Counted from the whole stretch's first letter, positions 12,916-26,359 are shown. The stretch is 63,956 nt of DNA, filler included, from Globobulimina sp. (GCA_003354225.1; 19 parts of 19 records of this genome joined end to end with filler, not necessarily neighbours in it), one strand, 5' to 3'. The notes: generated by a model from the letters alone, not told the origin. Program-made: numbers and translations.

Positions 12916-13398
12916 TTGCAACAAATGGTGAATTCTTATGCTGTTATTTCTTGTGCTGTAATTTCAGTGTGTTTCATTTGTTACTGTTTCAACTCCAGAA
13001 ACAAAAAAGAAAAACAAAAAGAGGCAAAAAATAAGCAACAAATACTTAAAAAATGGAAACCAAAACCATTACATCAAAATGACCAAAACGAAGCACAAAC
13101 ATTTTACGAATATGAACCCATTGTTGTCAGCAAAAATGATCAGAATGCCCCGGCGTCATTTATTAATTTATTAAGTTGTAATTATTCAGGTTTAGCAACT
13201 CATGAAAGGGTAAAAAGTGCCGCAAAAACTGCAATTTCGAAATACAATGTCGGCAGTTGCGGTCCTCGAACTTTCTATGGGACAATGGATGCTCACAATA
13301 ATTTGGAACTAGCACTAGCTGCATATTTTGGGGACAAGAATAAAACAGCAGTTATCTATTCCGATTATATTAGTTTACCAGTCTCCATAATATCGGCG
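12916..13398 (+). CDS. SPTLC1: Serine palmitoyltransferase subunit 1 (LCB1-like), 3' partial
   Basis: N-terminal TM, WKPKPL, NYSGL, KYNVGSCGPRTFYGTMDAHNNLE. Confidence 0.85.
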
Positions 13399-13498
13399 NN
13401 NNNNNNNNNNNNNNNNNNNNNNNNNNNNNNNNNNNNNNNNNNTTAATTAATTAANNNNNNNNNNNNNNNNNNNNNNNNNNNNNNNNNNNNNNNNNNNN

Positions 13499-13671
13499 TT
13501 AAACAATGCAATCAAACATTCAGCTATCACAATTTTAGGGAAACGCTTCTCATAAATTAACAGTTTCCGAATTTGTTTAAACCGGAACAGCGAACATATT
13601 AAAAATGCAACCATTCCCCAGGAAAGACCGCAAATTGTATACCATAAGACATATCTGTCACGTTCCAACAT
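13499..13671 (-). CDS. N-terminus of a multi-pass, 7TM-like membrane protein
   Basis: TM helix followed by YEKRFPKIVIAECLIALF; truncated by the contig end. Confidence 0.45.
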
Positions 13672-13927
13672 GTTCTGACACTTCGCACTCTGTTTTATGA
13701 AAATGAGTGCATGCTGGGTTTAGATTTGTGTTTGTAATTAATAAACATAGAGTGTACTTGTTGCAATTGTTATTTGACGAGAGGATGATTTGAAGTAAGA
13801 AGTTGTTTGAAGTTTTTTTAGTTTGAAGTTGTTTTCGTAAAATGAGGCAAACTAAAACTGAACAAAAAAAAGTATGCACAAACAAACAAACAAATCTATA
13901 ATAATAATCATTTCCAGAATTTAGCAG

Positions 13928-16772
13928 TTAGCACCAATTCTGTTGCAGTGCTCTCCAATTAAAATATTCCTTCCACGCCACCACCGTAAACAAAACGGCC
14001 AAATTCATAAAAATGTGCCAGAAATTATGCGAAGTAAAGACGTAATTAAACCATTGCTTCTTGTCATCACTTATCAAATTCAGATATGCCGACTCCAGAC
14101 ACTGTTCGATTGTCATTTCATTTTTAATTTCATTCACAATCTCATTTTCCAACGCATCAATTTCTTTTTCTAACTCCATTTTCCTGTCCTTCAAACCTTC
14201 ATTACTCACATTGTCATATAAATGTTTGTCCATATTTTCAATTCGAGCCAACCTATTTTCTGTTTCAACGGTATACGATTGAATGTCATGCAACATTTTC
14301 GCAAACGACATTTGTGGCTTTAAACTCTTGTTTCCATCATTTTTTGCATCAAAAGTCGGCACTGGAATGCAAAACTTTTCTTCATAGGTATTTTTCATTA
14401 ATTTTTTAAACCTCCGTTTCACAAAAAATGCTTCTGGGAATTTCGAAGCACGGAATATCACCGCAGACAATGTGCAAAACACACTGACTGTCCAATAGGT
14501 CATGGTGATATACGGCACATTCTTGTCGTCTGACGATAGCAATAAAATATACAATTCATACAAATATAAAAATATTAATGTGAATACGAAGAAAGCGCCC
14601 AATGATAGATCGCGAATGACTGAGTTTTTGGTGGTTAATGCCGTCATTGTGGTGGAAAACGACAGTGCCAAAATAGCAAACATGTATAATGTTTGTAGGT
14701 TATTTTCGCAATAAAAGATGCAATGAATCCAAACCACCGAACCAAAGCCTGCGGCAACAATAATTGACAAAAAATCTAATTTCCACCATATTTTCGAGGA
14801 TTTCTTGGAAATGCACGAGAATGAATGCGCTAAGCCAGATATAATTGGCCTCAGTATAATGAATATCAGCGATACATATAACAATATCTTGGTATACGAG
14901 TTATAGACATCGGAATTGACCCAGAAATGTCCATTATTGTCCGTATTGAAATAAATAATAACTACGCATAATATAAAAGCAGGGATGAATTCCGTCCATA
15001 TGTTCATAGTTTCATTGTGTTTCTCAAACATCGATTTCAAACATAACATCGCATCATAATTCACGCGATATCCAGTCAATATGTACGATTCTATGGTGGC
15101 AGCGTACCATTTTGGTAATTCATGCACTGAGCCACAATGAGGGTCTGTATTCCGCAGCGAATCCGTGAAAAATAAGTGCATATCTTTGATTTCCTGCTGT
15201 TTTAAATCATCATCAATAGCATCTGTTAATTGTTCCAACTTTCTGCCAGATTCAACTGTTTGTAACAGATTCATCTCATTGCCAGCCTCGTTCCCATCAG
15301 ATTCAATGTCTTCATCCTCTTCATTTTGTGTCTCTAAATGCAACAAATTGCCGCCGAGTCCTCGTATCATGTTAAATATACCCAATGCGTTAGATTCTCT
15401 TTTCTTTATTAATCCCAATTTAGTGCCAAGCTCTGATGCAGCGTCAGTCTGTCCATCTAAATATATAACATACTTTTTTATAAAATATATACATTTTATA
15501 TTTAAAAACTGAACTCCATCCATGCTCCGTACCACGTTTAGTCACATCTCGTCTCACAGCGTCATACAACTTTGATTTTTGTCGGTGATGACTTCTTCTT
15601 TTCGGCGATTTCCTCGCTGATTGGTAATAAACTGAACCAGCACTCGGAAAAGCGACATCATCATCGATGCTCTGGCCAGACACCAATGATTTATCCACCA
15701 CATTCTCCAAAACATTGATCAGTTTCTCTCTGTACGTCGGCATGGAGGCGATATCGGGCATCGCTTTGGGTGTATCATAATGGTGCGACTGCGATTGATG
15801 TCTATTCACATAATTCATGACACGTAAAAAGGATTTGCGCCGCGCTCTTTCTTTGGCCTTTACCTGATGGCCCAACACGAACTGAGATAGGATGAGCACA
15901 ATATTAATACTCCAGAAATCAAAGGATTGCTCAGATTTGCTCGTCTGTGTAACACCTATTTATTGCAAAGTATATATTACTAATTAATGTATATAGCAAT
16001 TAGCAAATACTATAACTGATTGCGAGTACATTCCAAAACAACCACAATGACCACGCACAGATCAAATACACTCTATATCCGAGACTGCCGTATATCGAAG
16101 CCACTAATGACGACAACAAGTAATATACTAAAAATTTGTCATCCGGTAAGGAGCCGAAGATATCGATGGTATTTTGCAAAATTAATAATAACAACAATGA
16201 TAATACGCACAGCGCAGTCATAAAATTGGAATATAATCCAAATGTAGCCAGACAATTTGCGGACACTTTGCTGTCGTTTGATGTGGTTGTTGTGGCATAA
16301 TTGTCTGTGCTGGTTTTGCTTGCTTGGAACAGCGATTTTAAATAACTGGTGGTTGAGGAAGATGAGGCCAAGCAGACAAACGTAATTCGCACCGTGTCCT
16401 TAACAAATGAGCCATTGGTCCCAGCTGTATATCAAATATTTGTCATTTTCTATCCATAGAACATCCAACTTAAACTAGCTGGAAAACACTAGTTTGAACT
16501 AGTATAAATACGTTATATTTGATAAAAAAAAATATAATTTCAACAGCGAACTCCGTGTAGGAACACATATTGATAGAAACGCGTTTTTTTGATGATAACA
16601 AACCTAAAAATATATAAGCAACAATCATAGCCAATATAGCGACTCTTATGGATGTGCCATATCTCTCTGTTACAAATATCCTAAATTGCTTCTCTCTGAT
16701 TGGAGACACAAATTTTAATGTCCAGTCTGAAATACTGTCATTCATTTTACTTTCTTCTTCCTCCAACTCATC
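13928..16772 (-). CDS. PAQR/adiponectin-receptor-family protein with an extra N-terminal multi-TM block; introns 16425-16603, 15956-16010 and 15457-15532
   Basis: YILTGYR, HNETMNIWT, SGLAHSF, KLDF, KFPE, TSHNFWH; three GT-AG introns join all exons in frame. Confidence 0.85.
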
Positions 16773-16872
16773 NNNNNNNNNNNNNNNNNNNNNNNNNNNN
16801 NNNNNNNNNNNNNNNNTTAATTAATTAANNNNNNNNNNNNNNNNNNNNNNNNNNNNNNNNNNNNNNNNNNNN

Positions 16873-17249
16873 CATTATATTTGACGATTGCGTATTCCTT
16901 ATTATCTACGATGCATTTGGTGTATTTACCTAACAATGTAATATTTGATGGATTGATCGTGGAACATTGTCTAAGAATGTGCATTCAATCTGTGTTCATG
17001 GTGATTGCTATGGTTATACAATATTATGAATATGGAGCGGTGTTAGGTTTTTTAGATTATTCAATCATGTTATTTTGGGTTGTTTGGGTTTTTAATTGGA
17101 TGTTAACTTTTGTTATAAAACGAGGATTTAAACAAATCGAAGATAAAATTCAAATTGTATACTTTCCGACACGTAATTCTAATATGGATGATGTTGAAGA
17201 TCAAACTGCCATACAATTGACAGCCGTAAAATCAGATATGACTATGTAA
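16873..17249 (+). CDS. C-terminus of a hypothetical membrane protein
   Basis: Hydrophobic ORF open from the contig start. Confidence 0.45.
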
Positions 17250-17584
17250 TGTATGACATTGTATGTAGAGTGAGGTATTATTAATATATGAGTGCAAGGA
17301 CAGGGTCGATGACTCGTGGAATCTTAAAATCAGTGTTATCGCCTCACAAACATAGTTTCGTCTCCGTTGTGATATATGAGCTAGTTGTCAATAATGGCAA
17401 TAACTCGAGACTAGCTTTTTTGTGTGTTTGTTTGTTGTGCGGATCTGAACCCTTAAAACATGTATTATTTACTTTCAAAACCTAATCTTTACACAATTGA
17501 AATCTACACATAATATTAAATTCTAACAACTACACAAATGCGTGATATATACTTGTAACAAATGGGAGGATATAACCTTTTCAA

Positions 17585-19507
17585 TCAATGCGCTGTAACA
17601 TCCTCACCATCATCAACGATAAACTCATCACGATTTATTTGATTAAGATCTGCGATATCAACACCTTGCAATTGAATGCTAAGATTCATACTCGAATGGT
17701 CTAAATAATGTCCATGTTGTTTCTTATCCTTTGCTCCTTCCGTATTGCTATACTCCATCCCCATAACTGGCACTATTCTCGGTGCGCTGGGCAAAGATAA
17801 CAACCCACCATCAGATGAAACACTTAAAACCTTCCTCATGTGATCCATCTCAATCTCAACTACACGATTCTTCAACTTCTGGTCACGAATCATCAATATA
17901 ACAATAAGCAAACACAAAACAGTCACTATCGCAATGAAAATAATAATAATAAATACAATTTTACGCTCATTCTGCACTTTTACATACACGATATTAGCCT
18001 CCTCAACTAATTGCGTGCTGGAGATGGAAGTGCTGTCAATGCCAGATACTTCATACGATGATGGACTATTTGTGGGTGGATAGGAAGGATTATTTGGGGG
18101 CGAATAGGAAGGAATATTTGTAGGAAATGCGGTTGTTTCCATTGTTGGGTTATATGTTGGCGAAACTGTAGTCTTTGTCGGGTTTAATGTTGGTAACACT
18201 GTTAATGGATTTGATATTTCATAACTATCATAGTAGTCAGTGCCCGCAGTATTTGCTCCACCAAATACATAAATGTGGCTATTTACTAATATGACAGATG
18301 GCGATGATCGGCCTATATTCGATATGCCACTGCCTTCACTTATAAGTGTCATGCTTGATGTTGAGATGTCATATATTTGTATGCCCCGAGAGGCTGTGCC
18401 TTGTATGCAACAAAAATCTCTTCCTCCAATTAAATATATTTGATTATTTAAACTGTCCACCACTGCGCGATGAAAATATATGTTTGAACCGGGTATATAA
18501 GCAATAAGAGACCAAGAATAATTAGAGGCTATATTTGCTATATCGCCAATGTATATTCTTTCGGATGATTCGCGTACGGCAGTACCTGCGGAATCGGCCT
18601 GGGCGCCACCGAATGCATATAAATAATTATTATAGACAACACAGGCGTGTTTACTGCGACCTTCGTTCATATTTGGTCCTAAATACCATACCGCAGAGCC
18701 TGTGGTTTACAGAATGTGTTATGAATGGATTACATGTTCCACTTTCAATGTGTCTGTAAGATGCACACTTTAATACAGACGGACACCGAAAGTGTTGCTG
18801 TTTTTATACAATTATGTTTAGAATCTGTATATGAGCTTATATAGTCATATTTGTTTGATCTATACAAGGGATTTCATATCGAAATATATACTGTATTTTG
18901 ATTCTAAATATGTAGAAAAACGTTGTTGTATATATTTGCAACCTGAGGCAGGATATATTTGCATCCGCACGCTGCTATAACCGTTGGTAGAATCAGTTGA
19001 CACAATTAGACCGCCAGTGGCAAACACATAATCTGGATAAACCGCCGAAACACAGGGTGCCTCTCGATGGGAATGTAAAGTACTTCTAAATGAAGTCAAT
19101 TGAGCTGTTTTGAATGAGAATTCATGTAAAATTCCTTCATTAACAAAGAATATCAATGATCCCCACTGCACAGAGCATTGCGAATTTACTTTGCCTAATA
19201 CGAGATTTAAGTTTCCATAATCGGAGAAATTGTTGTACTGCAGATTGTAGCTCCATATTTGATTTGCATCAGATCCAACAAGCCATATCCTCTCTGTTGA
19301 CGATTCGTAGCCTTGCATGATTTTTTTTTTTTTTGTGATTAGAAATACAAAAATGAGGGAAATAAAACCTGTGAATAATGTGGCTTTTTTAGATGGCATT
19401 GGAGGAGAGGTGATGGTGGTCCATTGTGTTAATGGGTATTGTAGCTGTGAGTGGCATATGTTAAATATCAGGAGAAACAATGACCATGGTCGTGATCGGG
19501 GTGCCAT
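17585..19507 (-). CDS. Type I membrane Kelch beta-propeller protein with a PT-repeat stalk, multi-exon
   Basis: Signal peptide; Kelch motifs YAFGG, IYLIGG, IYVFGG; PTxxPT repeats; C-terminal TM helix. Confidence 0.85.
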
Positions 19508-19537
19508 TGTCTCTCAGAAATACTTTAGTTGAGTGGT

Positions 19538-19909
19538 TAGCGTCAATTTCAGGCTAGGCTACATCATTAAATTGCGACATCTTTTCATGATAATGGCACT
19601 TTTTTGTCAGGATTTGTGATTATTTCCTGATAAATAAAACCCTAGGATTTCTTATTTCCTGACTTTGTTATCGATTTGCACACCCAAGACAAAGTTATAA
19701 CAAACACAAAACAAACCCAAGACAAACCTATAGCAAACCGTTTCTGGATATGAAAAGCGTTTCTGAATAAAATGTATACAACTTATCGACCAGGGGGAGG
19801 GGTTATCTTTTGGAATATATCGTTAAAGCAAATCAAGCCATTTTCCTGTTTCAAGTTAATGTCAACCTGAAACGTTTTCGTGAAAATATACTACCTGAAA
19901 TTCGCGCTA
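19538..19909. mobile_element. Candidate MITE with imperfect 16-bp terminal inverted repeats
   Basis: TAGCGTCAATTTCAGG ... CCTGAAATTCGCGCTA (14/16 match); internal TTCCTGA and CCCAAGACAAA repeats. Confidence 0.4.
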
Positions 19910-20245
19910 TGAATGGTCGTTGGGTTCACTATTATAAAAAAGAAATAAAAAAAATGCAAAGTAGGTAGTATTATACAGAAATATAAAATTATGTCTATAG
20001 GTTATAATTATTAGTAAGTTCACGGGCAGAACAAAAAAAAAGAACATCCAAAACAGAAACTTGAACACACATTTGATCAGTGGTTCAGATTTCTTTTTTG
20101 TTCCACCCATCAACTTACTTTATAGCAGATGTTTAGTTTTGATTTNNNNNNNNNNNNNNNNNNNNNNNNNNNNNNNNNNNNNNNNNNNNTTAATTAATTA
20201 ANNNNNNNNNNNNNNNNNNNNNNNNNNNNNNNNNNNNNNNNNNNN

Positions 20246-20955
20246 GATTTTTATATGGAAATGATGGTGAAAAATATGACAAGTTTATCAATATAGAAAA
20301 TGATGAAAGTGAATGTTTTTATACACTGCGCGTGTATTGCTGCTTAATTATATTAACAAATATATGCTCCATACAACAAGATATCAAAATATTTATTGAA
20401 ATTCCATCGGGTTCAATTCCGTGTGGAAAGAATAGTTATTATCAAAAAACACATTTTATTGGCATTGATTCATATTCGACAAAGAAAATAAAATATTATT
20501 TCTATTTCCCAACAATTCCACATTCAAATAAATTATTATTTCATTCATTTCCTGTAATAATATCCAAATATAAAAATAATGAAATTATTTATCACAGCAA
20601 ACCGCATAAATTAAATGTAAAATCACTGGCGTCATTACATAGAAACATAAATGTAAATGCAAATAATGAAAATATTTGGAAACAATGGCAAAATATATCA
20701 ATTTCTGGAGATTATAATAAGGTGCTATCATTTTTAGAGAAAGTGAATTTGCACAAATTATTTAAAATCAATTCGGATTCATTGCAGAGAATATATTATT
20801 TATTAAATCAAAAAGATTCGTTATCGTTTTGGGAGAAATTAATGGAATTATTAGCTGAGAAATTAGTGTATGACGATGTTATTTATTCATATTCATTAAA
20901 ATACAAAGAACAATCACAAAATCAATTAATTTTATTTAAATATTTATTAAAACAG
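20246..20955 (+). CDS. Fragment of a large conserved hypothetical protein, cut at a junction near 20955
   Basis: IEIPSGSIP...YYFYFP...HSFPVII motif; the ORF tail beyond 20955 is only the antisense of the RT. Confidence 0.5.
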
Positions 20956-23518
20956 CTTGCATGTTTTATGTTGATATCGGACATTGATTCACCAATAATT
21001 TTGTTGTATATTCCAATAAAAATCTCATCAAATTTGCGTTGCCATTTATTTATACCTAAATATGATAGATTTCTCGCTAAATAATTGATTTTATTGATAT
21101 TATAAAAATTTGATATTAAAATGTATTGATGATGGACGGATTTGAGCTTTTGTATCATTTTAAGGTTTTCGAGCCATTTTGTCATTTTATCAAACATAAA
21201 ATCGTCCACATCCTTCGCAGTGCCTTTCCGTACTCCCATGACTTCAAAAGATCCCTTTTCCAAAATTTTCAGATTGGAAAAATCCACTTCGTCCGCCCCC
21301 GGAACGTCTAATGCATTCACAAAGTCAATGTCCGACAATATAGCATCGTACAATTCATCCAATGTTTTACCAATAATTAATTGGGTTTTATTATCCTTTA
21401 AATTTAGTCCATATTTCAAAGCAATTTGATTATAAACACGTAAATAAATTAAATTAAATGTATTCTTCGCCAATTGTCCATTGTCATCAATGTAATATGC
21501 TCTCCCTTTAGTTTTATAGTTATTTAATAAGGAGATACATTTTTGTTTAACTTCGACCTCAATTTCACGTTGAACCAAAGCCAAACTGTACCCCGACGTT
21601 ATTCTGCCTTGTATTCCACCATTACGATGATATAAAACGGTGCCGTCGGCCAAATAAATCTTAGTCGGCATCTTATACATACTAAACATTAAAGGGTACA
21701 GATTTGGCACGTATTTCGCGTACAATTTTAAAACTTCTTCGTTGTTTAATGAGTTGAAGCAATTTTCAATGTCGGTTTGCAATAAACTGTAAAACTCCGA
21801 CTCTGGCTTCGAATCAATATCGACGTCTTCATCGGACTCTGGATTCGTCGCTGGATTATAACACTGAGAATGTTGCATAAACCAACCCGCGCGGCGATGC
21901 ATATCGACCATGGCCTCAGCTCCCCGTTTAACACCAATACCTATTTGGGCCGGGTCGATATTTTTATGTAACTCGGACTTGTTTATACTTACCGCCTCCG
22001 ACTCAGCTAATCTTCCAAAGGTGTCTGATATACCAATGGGTCGAATATCCGGTTTTGTGTCGGCGGGGGCGTCTTTTTTGACTGGTTTGTTGAGTAAAAC
22101 TTCACGAACGCCCCAGAAATATGGACAGATAAAGTCGGGGCAGTCGCCGTTCATAATTATATTAAGGAATCTTATCAATGGCGCTGTGAGTTTAATAACG
22201 CTGCGAATCTTCCATAATTGTTGGATAACTTTGACGTTTAATATATTAATACCGCCCGATGCCAATTTATTCAATTTCGTGAACATAACATTCAATCTAA
22301 GTTCGTTTGTAACTAACTTGACTGATCGGAGCGACTTAATTTTAGTTAATGGTTTGCCGGGTTTTAATTTGGATTTTAATTTCGTAATGTTTTCCTCTGT
22401 CAAGGCAGCAACGCCGTGACTTTTCAGTACGTCGTTGGCCCTCTTTACATAACCTAATCGCAGGTACTTTCCACATTTGTTTAATTTGTATTTTTCGATA
22501 CGCTTCGCGTCACTAATTTGATTTGCTTTTGTTTCCATGTTTTTTTCCAATTTTATTTGATTTTTCTTAGTTTCCTCCCATAACTCAATGATTTTCCCTT
22601 CTTTCCACATTTTTATTTTTCTTTTAAATGACGAGTCAATTCGAGCCAGATGTTTCTTTCCCGAACGAAGTGGTTTCTGTCGAAAGATTTTGAATAACAT
22701 AAAAAATTTAATCCACGGTAACCATTCATGTCTCGCTTTTTTATTGTTACATTGACGCAAAATGGCAGTAAATAACTGACCAATTTGCACAATATGTTTG
22801 ACCGGAAAATTCTCCGTTTTATATATGTTTAATTTTGCGACTTCTTCCAATAATGATTGATTTTCAAGCAAATTGTCATATTTTTCATCTTCTTTTCCAT
22901 CAGAAAGCATTGCTGAGTCATCACAATGTATTGGACTGTAATCATTGCTGTGATTAATTGATTGAAAAATAAATTTATTATAACATAATGAGCACATTTT
23001 ATTGTTCGAACTGGATTTGATTATTCTGCGACAATTAAAACCATTGCATTCGATGTAGTTATACACCGATTTGAAACTGCTGTCGCTGTGTGACTCAAAA
23101 TGGCGTAAAAAGTGCTTAATAAATACGCCCAAATATTTGTATGACTTATCAAAACATGGACAGTCCGGAATGTCACATTTATAGCTTGTTCGGGCTGTGC
23201 GTGATGTGCATGATTTGCATACGAATGAATCAATGAATATTTCTTCTCCTTCGCTGATTTTCGAGCATTTAAAATGGGTCTTTTTGTGACATACAGCACA
23301 GCACAAATGAGCTACGTTCATTTCATGGGTGCAATTATCACATTTAATGTCATCAATTTTAAGCTCGGCATCGACGACTTCTTCACTGTCATTAATATTG
23401 ACTGGAGGCATAGGAACGTCCTCGTTTTGCTGATTTAATGTAAATAACTGATTATCAATGAAAGTATCATCGCATTCGACGTCGTGAAGTGCCAGGATGC
23501 CATTATTGGCAGCTCCGG
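20955..23518 (-). mobile_element. Non-LTR retrotransposon ORF (CRE-like): PHD + C2H2 + C4 zinc fingers + reverse transcriptase; open at the 5' end, 3' truncated
   Basis: RT motifs IRPIGISDTFGRL, QIGIGVKRGAE, LQTDIENCFNSL, GGIQG, YYIDD; intronless; the frame stays open to the contig edge. Confidence 0.88.
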
Positions 23519-23703
23519 NNNNNNNNNNNNNNNNNNNNNNNNNNNNNNNNNNNNNNNNNNNNTTAATTAATTAANNNNNNNNNNNNNNNNNNNNNNNNNN
23601 NNNNNNNNNNNNNNNNNNAAAGGTGTTTGTAACAAAAAAAACAATTTAGAAACATAACAATTTGTACAAAAAAACAAAACAACAAAAAATCTTTAGATAC
23701 TTT

Positions 23704-24888
23704 CTACGAAAATTCAACTCTTCTTATTGTGTCTGTATTATAACGACGAAAAACATTCCGTTTGACTGGATTCCATTTTCCCTTTTTTAGATTTTCTTTT
23801 TTATTGACATATATTGCATATATAAAAAATAAAACATTTCCCAACCCGAACACCAACATAGTAATTCGTCCACAATCTGTATCAATCTCCGCAGCATTCG
23901 CTATTAATCCCTCTCCGCCGTATCCAACAATGGTCGTTTCAATCGTAATAAATAATACTAACCCAAAAATAAATAAATTATATTTATCCAATAATGTCAT
24001 ATAATTAACTTTTGGCAATCTATCTGAAATAATAAATTGGAAAGCAACAATGGTCAAAGCCATTGTGATGGAATAACTTAATCTGTCCCCAATATCTTCC
24101 GAACTAATACCAAACGTAGCACACGACATCATTCCTAAAAATAACAACCATAAAACCAATCGATAAATCACCCCTTTCCATTTTCGTTTTACTTGCAATC
24201 GAAATACTAATATTTCATACACCTTCACCGTAGGACCAGATACCGATTTCACTTCAAAAATGGTCAAATCAACATTAATCATTTCCCAGTCTGTGATGGA
24301 AAACCATGTTTTATCGAATCTAATATAAGCATTGAATATTTCCTCTGGAGGTGGACCAAATGTTACTTGTTTTTCATAACCCTCTAATTTCAAAACAGCA
24401 GATAAAGATTGTACATCAAATGGAAAGTTTGCAATTTCAAACTCTTCCGTAAATATCATTGTGTACTCAATCAACTGATAGTTGTGTTTCTGTGTAATTC
24501 TGATAGGTTCTGTGGAATACTCGACCACTTCTACTGAGTTTAAGAAACTATAAACGGGCAAAACCTCCGGTTCATAATTTGTTGGATCCGTTAAATAAGT
24601 TTTCAAGTCTCTTTCTGATGCCTTCCAATATTGTTTTAACTGACCTTTTATGCCATACCTTTGAGTTTGGGTATCAATACTTGTTATTTCTGTGATTTCA
24701 AAGCGTACTCCAACTCGGAGTTTCTTACATATGGTGACGTTTCCTTTGCCATCTTTTGCTTCAAAGTCAACGAGATCTTCTGCTTTATAAATTTGGACTA
24801 CACTCCGCGTTCCTGTATTATCACTTTTCTTCTCTTCGATATGCAATTTCTGATGCAACTCAATCTGCTCAATATGTGTGGATGCCAT
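23704..24888 (-). CDS. Cys-less pentameric ligand-gated ion channel subunit
   Basis: ITEITSIDT, Pro-loop NFPFDVQ, DWE, LQVKR, four TM helices, DRLSYSIT, LPKVNYMTLLDKY. Confidence 0.92.
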   Translation of the reverse strand: MASTHIEQIELHQKLHIEEKKSDNTGTRSVVQIYKAEDLVDFEAKDGKGNVTICKKLRVGVRFEITEITSIDTQTQRYGIKGQLKQYWKASERDLKTYLTDPTNYEPEVLPVYSFLNSVEVVEYSTEPIRITQKHNYQLIEYTMIFTEEFEIANFPFDVQSLSAVLKLEGYEKQVTFGPPPEEIFNAYIRFDKTWFSITDWEMINVDLTIFEVKSVSGPTVKVYEILVFRLQVKRKWKGVIYRLVLWLLFLGMMSCATFGISSEDIGDRLSYSITMALTIVAFQFIISDRLPKVNYMTLLDKYNLFIFGLVLFITIETTIVGYGGEGLIANAAEIDTDCGRITMLVFGLGNVLFFIYAIYVNKKENLKKGKWNPVKRNVFRRYNTDTIRRVEFS

Positions 24889-25157
24889 TGTTCAGTTGTC
24901 GGTTAAATATTATTTATTTAACCAAAGTGTCCAGTGCATTTTAATATGTTTTCGGACAAAAAATTATTGAAATTGAAATTGAACTAAAACAAGAATCACA
25001 GATTACATATTCTCACTTGCCATGTTAAATCAACAAAAAGATTATTTATAATTACTAGTATGTTAACATTTTTCAAACATTGTGTATAACTGTATATGCA
25101 CACATGCACATTGTTAACAACTCAACATCTGATCACAATAACAAAAATCCATTTTTT

Positions 25158-25413
25158 TCATTGATAATTATACCTTCCATCAGTTGGTTTTGCTCCTTCT
25201 CCTCCTTCCTCATGATGCTGTTCATTGACTCCATCATAATTAGCTCCAGGATTATATGCAAATGGCGCAAGTTCATCAGGCCCAGACCCCGGTGGAACAT
25301 GTACACGTTGTGGCTCAATGTGTCCACCTCCACCACCATGCGCATATGATGGAGGTGAAACTTTTGGCACTTGTTGGTATCCAGATGGCTGAGGTTGTGG
25401 TATAACTACCACT

Positions 25414-25448
<35 letters not shown>

Positions 25449-26286
25449 TGGTTGTTGATATACGACTTGTTGTTGTGGTGCTACCTGTCCCTGAATTTGC
25501 GCTGGCACCATTCTGCCGTCGGGCATTTGGACCATAATAATCTGTCCTTGTGATGCAGCAGCTTGTAACTGCATGGTAGGTTGCTGCTGAATGACTGCAT
25601 TTTGCGGCATGACATCTTAGCACATTCCAAAGCGAAGTTTTTTAAAAACAAAAATGCGAAAACATCTCCCAAAAATAGATAAAGTGCATACTTTGATCAG
25701 GAATATATTGAACTGTCTGGGTAAATATTTCAACCTCGATGGGTATGCTGATCGTTGTGTTGGCATCTTCCTTGTTTCTAAATATGTTATTACCTGTTCC
25801 TAACACAGTGAATCTAATAATATTCGCATATTTAGCATTCAATCGCATTAATTGTTGAGCTACACTTGACTTAACATCACTGATATACTCTTTATTAATT
25901 TCGCCATATTTTGTAGCAGAGACTATGAACAATATCATGCCTCCGATAAATCCAAATATGCCAATAATTATTGCAAACACCCACATCGCTGTGTTGCCAG
26001 ACAAACCTCCGCCGAGACCCAAACCCATTCCACAACCTGCCCCAACCATAAATAATGCCAATCCTAGCCAGAAATAACAAAACCATTTCTTATATTCTGC
26101 TTTTCGTTCAGATGCATTTTCGAGTGTTGCCGCCATACGAACGTATGTCACAAATTCATTCCACATTCTTTCATCAATACGTTGGCTCCATTCCTGTGGT
26201 TTTTGCGGTAAACCATGCACCGCAAAATTTCGTACGGTGAATCTCACTTTTAATTTATTTTTGGGAGCACTGGAAGAGTTGCCCAT
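25158..26286 (-). CDS. Membrane protein with a predicted N-myristoylation site, an Erf4/Golgin-A7-like region and a Gln/Pro-rich tail; one intron
   Basis: MGNSSS start; PQEWSQRIDERMWNEFV before two TM helices; poly-Q exon 25158-25610. Confidence 0.55.
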
Positions 26287-26359
26287 GATTAATAGATTAA
26301 AGGTTTTTGAGATTTCTGTTTCCAAAAATCATAGTCGCAACAATAATAACTAGTTTGTT

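Noticed and set aside
20922-21084. Genuine overlapping convergent genes
   Set aside because: Both ORFs simply read through a junction near 20955 into each other's antisense strand.
25410-25475. CAG/CAA microsatellite
   Set aside because: It is an ordinary poly-Gln coding tract.
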